Shown piece by piece: positions 13,882 through 25,116 of a stretch of DNA of 64,000 nucleotides. Both the position numbers and the translations under genes were made by a program. Source of the DNA: Kondoa subrosea (taxonomy: Eukaryota); assembly GCA_039545335.1 (NCBI GenBank), contig BCIN01000004.1, positions 1,540,925 to 1,604,924 on the forward strand, read 5' to 3'. The stretch's first letter is position 1; each line of letters begins with the position of its first letter. The notes beneath the pieces are model-generated. The model ran no database searches and was not told where the DNA came from. It saw only the letters and a list, made by a program, of their open reading frames with translations.

Positions 13882-15010
13882 CTACTGCATAGGGAAACAT
13901 TTCGCGTCCGAAGCATGAGTGCTGTTCAAACATTAGCTTGTGCTTTCGGTGCAAAGCTGGGACTCACTTGAGAATAAGCGCTACAGTAGCCGATTAGCAT
14001 ACAGATAAGCAGGATTAGGAATGTTACTTACCGACAATCAGCCCATACAGACCGATGAGTGCACTTCCAAAACAAGTGTCAGCTTTGACTATCTCCATCT
14101 GAAAAGATTACTTATCTTCAGCGAAAACTATAGCACACAGTCATTAGCGTTTTCCTTGATCGCAGAAACGAAGGACTAACTCAGCATCAAAACCATTGCC
14201 ACAAATACTCTATTCTGAAACAAGAACGCTCTGACAGACTGTACGCAAACCTTAATGCACACTTCAAACAGAAGAGCGATATAGGAGAAACGTACTGAAT
14301 CGCCAATCATACCGATTGCGTGACCAGCAGCTAATCCAGTCATTCCACACGATAATCCAGCAGCTAGATGAATGTAACCGCTGTACCAACAATCTGAGCG
14401 CCGAGTACATTTGTACTGAGATGCTAACAAAGAACGTACTTGTAGACTGAATAAGGTTTATCGGGACTCACTATCTCATACCAATAAGCAATTATTCCAT
14501 TCGCAGAGAAAGGAAACGTACGGCCTCCCACGATTAATACTGATACCACTAATCCATATACAGCAATAATACCACTCATAACCACAGGAATCAATGACTG
14601 TGCAATCCCGAAACTGCTCAATGTCTGATTGACATGCGCGATGAATACGAAAACGCACCTTCATGATCAATTCAGGTTTCATGATACCCATTCCAGTAAT
14701 CCCAATCCCAGCTTTGGAAGTTCCATAAGCTGCTCCCATTGCTAATCAAACCAAAAAGGCCGCTAATAAGCTTTGATCTCGTTTATGCTTTGTAGTATTG
14801 AGTGAACGAACTGGAAAAGATCATAGCGCTCGCTACGCCTGCGAAACCACTGTAACATCCACCATGCAGCTAGTCAGCTAATGCGACTATAGCTTGAGCA
14901 CGAAAGGGTCTTACAAGAAATGTGCATCTTGGATTTCACCATGAAATCAGCGATGTGGGCTAATAAGACCAGAGCAGGAGCATACAGGGAGGACAGTAAG
15001 GGGTAGCCAT
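13882..15010 (-). CDS. VMA11: V-type ATPase proteolipid subunit c' (Vma11)
   Basis: Spliced: [40 protein letters not shown]...[29 protein letters not shown]...HLAAGL...[34 protein letters not shown] favours c' over c. Needs an AT-AC intron (see findings). Confidence 0.9.
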
Positions 15011-15958
15011 CTTACAGCTGGCTGGATAATACAGGAGTCAAGTATGGTTCAAGACAAGCGATTCGCGAAATCTGGACCGATGAGTCGCGGATAGTCAGCA
15101 ACGGGGAACTGCGTAGCAAATATACAGTAGGGTTATGCGTCATCTTTATTCCTTAATTACAATGTTGCTCAGTTCGGTTACAATGGATTCTCAGTCATGC
15201 AATCGAATAGCAACTCGCGGACATATGATTGCCTTCATTGGTACTCTTGCTTCCAGCTTTGCTGGTGTCCTGCGCATACCATGTCAGTATTCGCCAAAGT
15301 CAATCTCAAAACAACAGCAGAGGCAAGGAGTTGAAACAACGCCTGAGAGAGGGATAAACCAGAACAACGGAAGTACTGTCAATCAAGTACTACTTATTTG
15401 TCAAGTACTACTTAGTTGCACAAATGCAGAAAGGAGCTAGCATGCAACAGAGAACGAAAATGGGACAGCATGTTGAAAGGACAGCCGACGAGACGAGCGA
15501 ATCTGGAGATTACGGTTGGACATGAGAGAATCGAGACTTCGCTGCATACTCCATCTGTGGCAGCGATGATCGCAGATTGCATGAGCAGTGCAGCGAGGGA
15601 ATGGATACTTGCTCTTTCAAAAATGATCAGAATTGGAGCCTGTTTGCGCCAAAGGATGGATGTTGTGCATCGATGTACCGAAGAGACAAGACGAAAGGTA
15701 GAGATACGTGGAAGAAGCGATGCAGAAAAGGCAACAATGAAAAGCTTGACCGAACGAGAGTAAGCTGAATGGAAGCTCTTTTTGCTGTTGCGAAATGCTG
15801 AGATATTCAGTCCAGCCAATGCTACACCACATCTTGCGACTACAACCTGATCTGTTATCCTTTCTTTACGCATGCATATCTCGTTTCAAACACCAGCTCT
15901 TGATGTTGCAATAAATAGCTCGCCAAAAACGAAAGGGAAGTAAACAGAGTTGAGTTCT

Positions 15959-16408
15959 CTAGAGGTTGAGCTTTGTTCGGCGCCAATGTCTCCTCTTGGC
16001 TGTTCAGTCCGCTCTGTCTCAGATTTTGCTCGGTCTGAATATTCAGCACGCACTGTTGTAGCCGACTTTCACGGTCTATTGGGGCCTTGTCAGCAATAAC
16101 TACGGCATAGTGTATATGGAAACATACACCCTTAATTCTTTGCCATTGAGGAATAGATCGGTTTGACTTTCCTGCCTTTGCCTGTATTCCGCATTCGCAT
16201 CAGACTCTGGCGCCCCTCCGTTCCTTCAATGATTTGCTCACAAGCTTCACTTTCGTGCGGAAGGCTAGCATAGCAGACATGAGCCTTTGAATCAAATCAA
16301 CAAGATTGCATGAAAATTTTACATTTTTGGGAAGGCTGTTGACACAAAGGGGGTATGATTAAATCAGCATGCAGTCTCGCTTCCTGTGAGTGGTATGTAG
16401 CTTGCCAT
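15959..16408 (-). CDS. RPL39: 60S ribosomal protein L39 (eL39), 6 exons
   Basis: Exons 16408-16406, 16335-16323, 16264-16242, 16181-16128, 16075-16054 and 15999-15959 splice to [51 protein letters not shown]. Not in the ORF track. Confidence 0.93.
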
Positions 16409-17056
16409 CCTGCTTTAGTGGGAAGAATCCGTCAACGAGAGGGGAAAGGGAGAGTTGACGAAAATCAAGTCAAGCGGAAGCTTCCGAACAGCCGACCACT
16501 TCAAACCCCCTCGAACACATTCATAAGAGATCTGAGCTCGTCACCTTATGTCTAGTAGCAGAGCATTCATCGCCCTTGACGCGAGAGCTTTTCTTTACTT
16601 TTCTTCAATGTCGAGTCCGACGACTCTTCACTTTCATCCTCATTGTATCGCTCACCCTTCTCTCTGCCTGCTACCGTAGCTTCAACATCGTCATATGAGT
16701 TCTCTTCGTCGACCCTCATCGATAAATTTGCCGTGTGTAAGGGCTACTTTGTATAATTATAGACTAGCTGCCTTCGTCCTCTTTGCCCTTCCGCGTGTAT
16801 ACGTTAGTTCTTCAACCTGTATTCGACAAGTATAGGCACACCTTCGTTAATCTAGAGACACTCAGTTTGAGCACCGTTTGGTCGGTAGCTGTCCAGCTCC
16901 CGATCTCTCCTGCGAAGTTCATAAGGTCCACAGTCTAGGTATGAGAAGACTAGCAGTAGAAGCAGGGTTTGAGTGGTGTCAATATTACATTATATACACA
17001 CTACTGGCACTTCTCCTGCAAGTCAACCCAGATTAACACCAACAGCCTATCAGCAT

Positions 17057-18617
17057 TTACTCTTGCTCCTCCAACTTCCATTTCCTCTGAGGTCTCCAAT
17101 AATTTCTCGGTTCATGAGTCCAAGTAGCCGAACACCACTGACTGTTCTTGACTTCAAACTTGATCACATCACTTGAATTACCAGTGTACGAATGCAACAC
17201 CACTTCCAATTCCTCACTGAGAGAAGTTATTTCCCTAAGCCTATCTTTAGCTACAGCTTGTACCAACAGTTTTGGATCCAATCTTGTCAGTGCTGGACCG
17301 GCTCGTAAAATGATTTTGACCTTTCGTAAATTAGGTCTATGACCTAGAGAGAACAATGTACGAGTGGGTGCAGTAGTAGCGAAATTGTAAGGGCTCATGA
17401 TTGTTCCCGGCGTTGAACTGTGCAGAACGAAAGATTCCAAAGCTGGGAAAGAAAGAAGAGAAAGGGTGGCTAGTGTCAGCATTTGCTGTCATGATATTGT
17501 TGGAGAGATCAGAGGTTGAATTACTAGTACTTTGACTTCTTTGAGGTGCTGGAAAGCTTCGATCCAGAGCCAGTTGTTCAAAGCTTGATGTTCGCCATCG
17601 ATTCTCCAAGTAAAACTGAGGTGCTTCAGACTCGTTGGAGTCTCTTTGATAAGTTGCAAGACTTCTTGCCACGCCAACTCGGATCCATCCATTTCTAAGC
17701 TTTGCAATTGATGCAGATGTCGGATATCAGGCATGCGTATATGAGAACGATAATTCCTTATGGATAGCCTGTTGACTGCATCTTCATAAGCTACGTTTGG
17801 TCGAAAGTTTACACTTTTTGAATTGTGCATTCCGAAAGAGATCAGGGCAGAATTAAGAAGTTTCGAGCCCATTCCAAATGACAAAGCATATGGTACAGAG
17901 AACCTCGTAAGAGCCTGAAGGGAAGCCACAAACTCCCACAAGCCTTTATCGTTCGCCATAGTCGGAATCGTTTGGGTAGTCAAGTCGTCCATAATCAGAA
18001 CCTTTAGATTGCGCATGCATTGTAATTGGCTGATCGTGGCCCAATTTACTGTCTTGCATTCATTCTCGCGGTATGCAGCAACGTTAGAGCAAGCGCTACA
18101 AATCATGCGCAATTCCACCAGGTTTGGACAGGCCTCGAAGCCGGAACAGGCGGATTGCAGCTGTCTTGTGAAGCGTGTAGATAAGGAGCGGCTGTTAAGG
18201 ACTCCTCTTCTTGATGTTTCAACGCCGGCAGATTCCAGATCATCAAAGGTAAGATGCCAGCTTATACCCAAGATTAGCGTAAGTAGGGCATCGTCGTGGA
18301 ATTTATGACATACTCGATAGATCTGACATAGACACCTAAGTCCGGCCTTTCTTTCAGAGTCGCAATAACTCCCAACTGTCGTCCCGTAAGGGCAGCGCAA
18401 AGACCTTTGCCAAAAACCACGTTCTTGTACAAGAGAGGATTGAAGATGTCATCTACTTCCGAATGAGCAAAATTCGCGTACGAAGACGAGAGTACTGACA
18501 GAACAAACGCGAGACGCGACATAGCCGGACCAAATCTCGCTGCTCTACATCTTTCGATATAAGGTAGAGCACATCGAACGAAAGTTGCACAGAGTTGTTG
18601 TTCTTGGATGGGTACAT
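17057..18617 (-). CDS. F-box-like protein with LRR-like C-terminus
   Basis: MYPSKNNNSVQLSFDVLYLISKDVEQRDLVRLCRVSRLF|..FNPLLYKNV...RPDLGVYVRSI is typical of fungal F-box proteins. ORFs 17489-18400 and 17057-17482 join through a GT-AG intron. Confidence 0.7.
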
Positions 18618-19125
18618 TGTGGTGCTAGATCAAAGGTAAGCGGAGCAGAGCGATCAGTCTTTTGACAGATAGGTTCGAGCGATGCGGTTCGGGCGAACAA
18701 AAGGGGCAAAGGGCATCCTTGCGTCAGGACACGAAGAATAAGCAGTGAGTGCCAATGGCGAGCAATATGTAATTGCTCGAGAGGAACGTAAGACAAAGAC
18801 TGATAGCCAGCAACTTCTTGAAAGAGGAACTCTTCGCCGAGTTGCGATGCGACTTTCCGCCCTCTTGCTGAGCTTGAGAGGAGACACTGATTACTGAAGC
18901 ATCAAGCTAGTTAGCTATCTCGACACTAAGCTGGCAGCAGCGAAACAAGGGTTGGCCAAGTGAGGTCCGCGTAGTTGCTGATGTAAGTATTTTCGCGGAG
19001 GCAAAGGCAGAGGACAACAGAAACTTTGTGTAACATGTAACAGTCAATGCTTCCATACAATCCTATCTATCTAAACGTGTACGTAACAACAGTATTTCAT
19101 TAAAACCCTAATACTTTCTACAGCA

Positions 19126-21470
19126 TCAATTGAAGGCAGGAGGTTGAGCGAGCTTGTTGCCGTTGCCGTGGTTCTTCTCGCCATCAATCACTTTGTCGTC
19201 GGATTCCATGTAATCTTTAGGGTCTTTTTCAGCGTCCGCCAAAGCTAGAGGTGATTTAGCAAAGGGCCAAATTTCGAAAGCATCGCAACTTACTCGGCAC
19301 ATCATCAGCAAGCAGCTCTTTCGGGTTGAAGGCAATTGAACCGCGAGGAATGAAAGTTGAAGCTATAACCACCACCGATAGCACCGTGAACTGAACACCA
19401 CCAACATCTGGAAAGAACGATATAAGCAAAAAGACTTAAGAAAGCAAATACTTTGACTAACATTTCAGAGCGTCACGAGCAGTGTTACCTGACTTGATGT
19501 ATTTGTCAACCCAGTTGCCGAGTACGGAGGAAAGAACAGCGTAAAGAACAATATAGGTGACGTAGAGGAAAGCCATCACCTGAAAACCCATTCAGTAAGT
19601 GGTTCTACAGATAAGGAACACTACTGACTGCACCAAGAGCGGAGACCTTTTTGTCCTTGTGTTCCATTCGGGCCAGAGTAGATTGAATGTAAGCGGCCAA
19701 AGAAACATCTCCTGCTGCCCAACCGAAAGATACGGGAATCTACACACAGCTTGAGAGCATGAACAACAGAGCTATGTTTGACTTACGAAGATGCCGGCAA
19801 TCTTCCATGCTGAGCTGACATCGCCTCTGGTTAAGCTGATGAATGGCAAAACCCAAACCAAGTTGAGTGCCAAAGCATCGAGACGCAACCAAGGCATAGG
19901 AGTTGTGATCTTGTTGGTGAGGAGAAGGACAGATAGAGCTCCAAGCAATTCCCCGAAGTTAGAACCTCCAACAATGATTTGACTCCAAGCTGAAACTCCA
20001 AGAAGCTGACGAGCGACAATTGGAGCGAGACCGTTCTCTAGATATCTGTGGCCATACAGCTATGGCAGTCAAGAAGCATTGACATGAGCGAATGGAGTTG
20101 CTACTGAAACGGCTCTTGACATACAGCGAACGAATAGCCTGATACTAGCCAAGCGAATTTGCGGTTGGAGAAAATCCTATGCGACTATGAGCGAGAGAAG
20201 ATTTTCACACGAAGACCCAACTTACAAGAAGGCACCATACCAAGTAGCTTTTCCGAAAGCAGCAAAACCCGAACCAATAGCTGCAAGGTAGTTGCCAGAT
20301 GATCCAGAGCTTTCAAACTCTTCTAAATCATCTTTCTTCTCCTCCTGCATAGCATCAATTTGCCTCCAAATGACAGCGGCCATGGTGAAGAGAACAGGAG
20401 TGAGGAAGAAGGAGTAGTTGTAACCTTTTAAAAAGCATAAGAGCCATTCTCAAAGTTGAAACATGACTAACCGAATTTGCCAATCAAAGTAGTAGAAGTG
20501 AAAGCACCGGTTGTGCCAGCGACTTCGTACAAAACGTGAATGACGGCATCCATGCGTCTCAGATTGTGTGCATCGCCTCCAACAATATCACGAGGAATAA
20601 CTCTTCGGATCAATTCCACTGTTCCATACGAGATACCAGAGATTGTGAAGATAGGGAAGAGACCGTTCGGTGCCCAGTCACCATAGTGGGTCTTATTATC
20701 CGCGCTGATATAAATGATCAGAGTTAGGTTAAAGAAGCGATGGAAACGAAAGCTCACGTCTTATAGCGAATTGTTCCGCCCGTCGCGGCATCAACAACAA
20801 GTAGAATAGCAGCTATCGAGAAGAGATCGATGAGGACCGCATGTACTCAGATACAGCAGGAATCCCTTACAGATCAAGGCAAAGATGAAGATAGCGCCTG
20901 ATAAAACTGTTCGTGTAGGGAATTTCTTGATAAGTGGAGCGACCAAGATAGAACCAACGCATTGCATAGCAGAATTGAGACCAGTAAGAATACCTTGACG
21001 AGAGATTGAATTTCAGCCAGAGGGAATTCAATTCAAGGGCAAAGCATACCGATTTTCTAGATAGGAGATTTGGAAAATTAGCAATTGCATGAAACGCAAT
21101 GATTTCAACTGACTTTGAAGCGCTGATCACCGAAACGCTCATTTGCCATGCTGTAGAGTGAATTGAGACAATCATCACTGGATCGATGAGGCGGACATAC
21201 GTGATAAAAGCACCATTGAAGTATCTTGACGAAGTATTAGCTACAAGCTGCATATCTTGCATGGCGAAGGCTTACTCAAGACCAAACCTTATCAAGAGCT
21301 CATTGGTGACTTTCCAATTTATTTTAGGGTAGACTCACTTGTAGCACATGATGCCGACCGCATAGATGGCAATATTCCTCCTCTGTGACTCACACTCAGC
21401 GATTGCTCTGCCAACAATGCCTAGCCAAACTTACCTGTCGAGGCGTGAAGTTGCTCCAAACGAAAACCAT
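19126..21470 (-). CDS. Uncharacterised fungal MFS-like multi-pass transporter
   Basis: Spliced MVFVWSNFTPRQRRNIAIYAVGIMCYKFGLE...GSILVAPLIKKFP...ELIRRVIPRDIVGGD..LRRMDA...YGHRYLEN...GGSNFGELLGA...WAAGDVSLAAYIQ, with many hydrophobic helices. Confidence 0.75.
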
Positions 21471-23050
21471 CTTGTACTAGTTATTCCAATAAGAGTGCAA
21501 GAGCAGCTTGGAAAGAAAGGAAAGGCGAAGAAGAAAATGTATTTCAAGTGACCGCGAATCCTTCCATCCGCTCGCCAATTTTTCTTGGCATTTGCAATTG
21601 ACGAAACGTTCGTGAAAAAAAGAGTGATCGGTATGTGGAAGCAAGCTATAAGGCCCCGGAGGAAAAACAGTATCATCCACATGCAACAGTAGAACGTTTT
21701 TGCATAGTCTTGGCTGCATGAAATGGGCAAGTAGCAGACGTTTGAAGCATATATGATTTCGCAATAATGCAACGTGCTCGTGAGTTGCCGGCATCATCAA
21801 GCCAGGTGACATGGGAAGGGATGTGAAAACAGAGCAAATTATAGATTGTCGCTGAAAGCGGTATCAACTCGAGCAGTTATTTGCGACCGGTTTTCATCAG
21901 CATGACTTTCATTGGAATTGAATCGTTGTCCTACCATGACACCGCCAGAGAGTATTACGAGTGGGTAGAGGTAGATAATAAGATGGAGTCCTTCGCCAGA
22001 GTGTTCGGATTGCGTTGTTCCGCTTCTATGCTTCGCAGCGCAAGAAGTGCGCAAGATCGTCATTTATCTTCCGACTGTTGGTCTTCAGGTATCTTTTGAA
22101 CAGGTATCATCCTCGGAGAGGTATATTCCATAGTATGATGAAGAAAAAAATGCCAAAGGTGTAAAAAACCGAACAATGCAAAGGCCAAGCATTGGCTTCC
22201 GGGTGAAGCCAAATCTTCTCTCTCTCCTGGCAGATTGATTCGCCAGATCAATGAATATGTAAGCTATGCAGAGGAAAGGTGTAGCAGGTGAAGCATCCAA
22301 GAGAACTGATCTTATCAAATAGCGATTTCAAGTACGAGCGGAAGATCAGAGTATCGATGTATAGCTGTAGAAGTTCTTGTAGATATACAGGCATGGTAAT
22401 CATATAGCTTCTTGCTGAAATTCCGCCATGCGATAAGTTCTGAATCGTTGGAGACCGATTTGCGACCATAATTATAGAATTGTAGCAGTCCCAGATGCTT
22501 GACTACCAGCAGACCGACTCGTATAGCTCTGATACTCCATTGAGGTCGGACGGACAGCGATACTATGAGCCCACGTTCCAGCTTCAAGGCGCCTTTTACC
22601 GCTTAGGCTCATCTTGGTATATGCCAGTCTTGAATGCTGCGCACAAGGCGAGACCTTGACAAGCTGAAAGATTCAGATGGTAGGCAAGAGGAAGAAGTAT
22701 AGTAGGCTTTCGCAGGCGAGTGTGCCAGGAAAGCCGAAGCTGCTATTTATACCGCAAGAAGGTGTGACACTCCAGTAGTCTGCATCTGTGGAAGAGATAT
22801 TGTACAGTAGCAGAAGCACAAAGAGCGTGACAGAAGAAGGGGAAATGATCGCCAATCCTTGAAGTGCAGTGCGAGCAGAAGTCAAAGATCTCAAGACTAG
22901 TCATAAACACTGGCAGTACATAGAGCGTAGCAGTACAGAGCAGAAGACAAGGACTGAGGGCAGAAGACCAGACGAAACCACATGATTGACGCAGATCAAG
23001 AGAATAGCAATAAATCCAAAAGCTTGTCCTCGAACCAAAGTAGTGTCAAG

Positions 23051-24949
23051 ATGCAGAATGCTTTGCCTCCTGGTCTGGCCCAGTTCGCGCAGCAGCCACA
23101 CCAACAGCAGCCAAACGGGAGTCCTCAGCCTGCAGCTTTACCGCAACAAGGAGGTTGGACTGTCGAACAATTGCAGCATCTCATGACCAATTCGCCTGCA
23201 ACGATTCCAAATATGCTCAAGGCTTTTCAAGAAGGTCGCTTGAGTGACAGCCAGGCAGCCACAATCAGACAGATTATCCCCTTGTTGCAAGCAGCTCGAG
23301 GTACAAATGCCAATGGACCGGGCACACCTCAGCCTTTGCAGGCTCAGATACCTCAGAATAATCAGTTGCAACAGCCGCAAAGTGATTACATGCCTTGTTT
23401 CGCGGGTGATGCTTGAAGTCTGATTGCTTTGTACAGACATGGGCACACCACCCCCTGCTTTCACTGCGATAGCTGGCACACCACAACCTCTACCAGCTAT
23501 GCCCCAACAGCAGCAGCAGCCTCAGCAACAAGGGCAAAATCAATTCCCTCAACACTTGCTTGCTCAATACCAAACAGAGATGCAGGCCATCAATGCCATC
23601 AAGGCCAGACAGGCTCACCTAAACCAGTTCTTGCAACGAGAGGATTTGCGAGAAGAGGAAAGACAGCAAGCAATGGGCTTGCTGGATAATCAAACTCAGC
23701 TACTTGCTCAAGCTCAATCTCGTTTGCCTCGACTCTTCAACACAAATGGTGCTGCGAATGCGCCTGTAGCTCAAAATCCTCAAGTACCGAATCCTCAGAA
23801 CCAAAATCAGCAACAAGCGATGCAAGCTGCCCAAGCTCAAGCTATGGCTATGCGCAATGCAAACATCCAGCAAGCTCAGATGCAAGCTGCTGCTCGTGCT
23901 ACAACTCAGCATCAGAACAATCAGCAACAGCAGCAACCTGGTCCTCAGCAAAACTTTCAAGCACCTAATCTTCAATTACCCAAACCTCGCAATTCTCCAG
24001 CTGTACAACCAGCAAATCTTCCTCAGCAACAAGCACCACAAAAAGCTGCCAATGCTCCTTCTCCTGCTGGGTCCGCTGGATCTCCACCAGATAGCAGTAC
24101 CTCTTCTACCCGTCCTGTTCGAAAAGCCGCTTTACCGCAAAATCGAGCAGGTCCTTCAAACGCTCCTTCACCTGCTCCATCTACTAATTCATCCAATCGA
24201 GCCAACCCTCTTACACAAGGAACCAATCCTACTCTAGCAGCTTTTCATCCACCTTCTTTAACTGGATCCGATTCGCCCTCTACTTCTACTACTACAGCTA
24301 ATCAACCTGCTTATTCTGGTCCACCAAAACCTGAACAAGGACATCCATCTCGACCTACTTTATCTCAAGGATTAGCTAATTCACCAGTTGTTAATTCACC
24401 TGCTATTTCAAAAGCGGTACCTATGGTTGAAAGCGTGGATGATAAAACTCGAGTAGTGTCAAAAAGGAAAATGCAAGATTTGTTGGATTCTTTAATTAAT
24501 GGGAAAGAGGAAGAAGATGATGGTAGTAAAGGCCAAGGAGGAGGAGGAGGAGAAGGAAAGAGAGTTAGAATGGATCCGGAAGTTGAAGATTTGTTATTGG
24601 AAGTAGCGGATGAGTTTGTGGATTCTGTAACGAGGTTCGCTTGTCGATTGGCCAAACATCGAAAGAGCGATAGGCTGGAAGCTCAGGTACGTTGGTTCTC
24701 CCAAGAATAAGATCGGAAAAGCTGATCAAGAGGGCGAGAATAGGACGTTCAATTGCATTTGGAGAGGAATTGGAATTATAGGATTCCTGATTGGGCTTCT
24801 GATGAAGTGAGACAGTCTCAAGTAGGCCTTTCTTTATCCTTCTTTGTGTGAATAGAGCTGATCTTTGGCAACAGGTGAGGAGACTGAACTTGCCCGCTAC
24901 CCATGTTGCTCGTTTGAACGCTGTGAGGGACGCAACGCGCAAGAGATGA
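23051..24949 (+). CDS. TAF12: TFIID/SAGA subunit Taf12 (Q-rich N-terminus, C-terminal histone fold)
   Basis: [11 protein letters not shown]...[52 protein letters not shown] is the Taf12 histone-fold signature. Confidence 0.93.
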
Positions 24950-25116
24950 TTAGCACTGTAATGAGGGTCAGCACAGCTTGCCAATGTATCAGTCGGTCCT
25001 ACTTCGACTTCACTTTGACTGTTTTCATCAAGCGACGGATTGAATTCGCGCAAATCTTTGGGTTAGATACCATCCTAGACACGCAGCATTAAGAGCTCAT
25101 TAGAGCTGTGTAGCTA

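Noticed and set aside
15380..15415. Short direct repeat caagtactactta, two copies
   Set aside because: Only two 13-nt copies with a short spacer; not CRISPR-like and no sign of a transposon target-site duplication.
15045..15920. Possible plus-strand spliced gene between VMA11 and RPL39 (ORFs 15135-15440 and 15416-15763; donor-like gtaagc at ~15760)
   Set aside because: Could not build a convincing continuous frame or recognise any motif; may be non-coding or an orphan gene.
16549..16940. Intron-like signals on the plus strand divergent from RPL39 (possible small spliced ORF or lncRNA)
   Set aside because: Predicted peptide is short with no recognisable features, and the splice choices are ambiguous.
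17480..17530. Apparent premature stop or frameshift between ORFs 17489-18400 and 17057-17482
   Set aside because: Explained by a canonical intron (gtaatt...gacag) that joins them in frame; not a pseudogene.
21480..23040. Many overlapping 60-110 aa ORFs and a TATA-like tataaatag (minus, ~22743-22751) between the MFS gene and TAF12
   Set aside because: No coding signature or consistent exon chain; treated as intergenic or promoter sequence.
23500..24050. CAG/CAA-rich runs in TAF12 and in the C2H2 factor
   Set aside because: Ordinary polyQ-type low-complexity regions of transcription factors.
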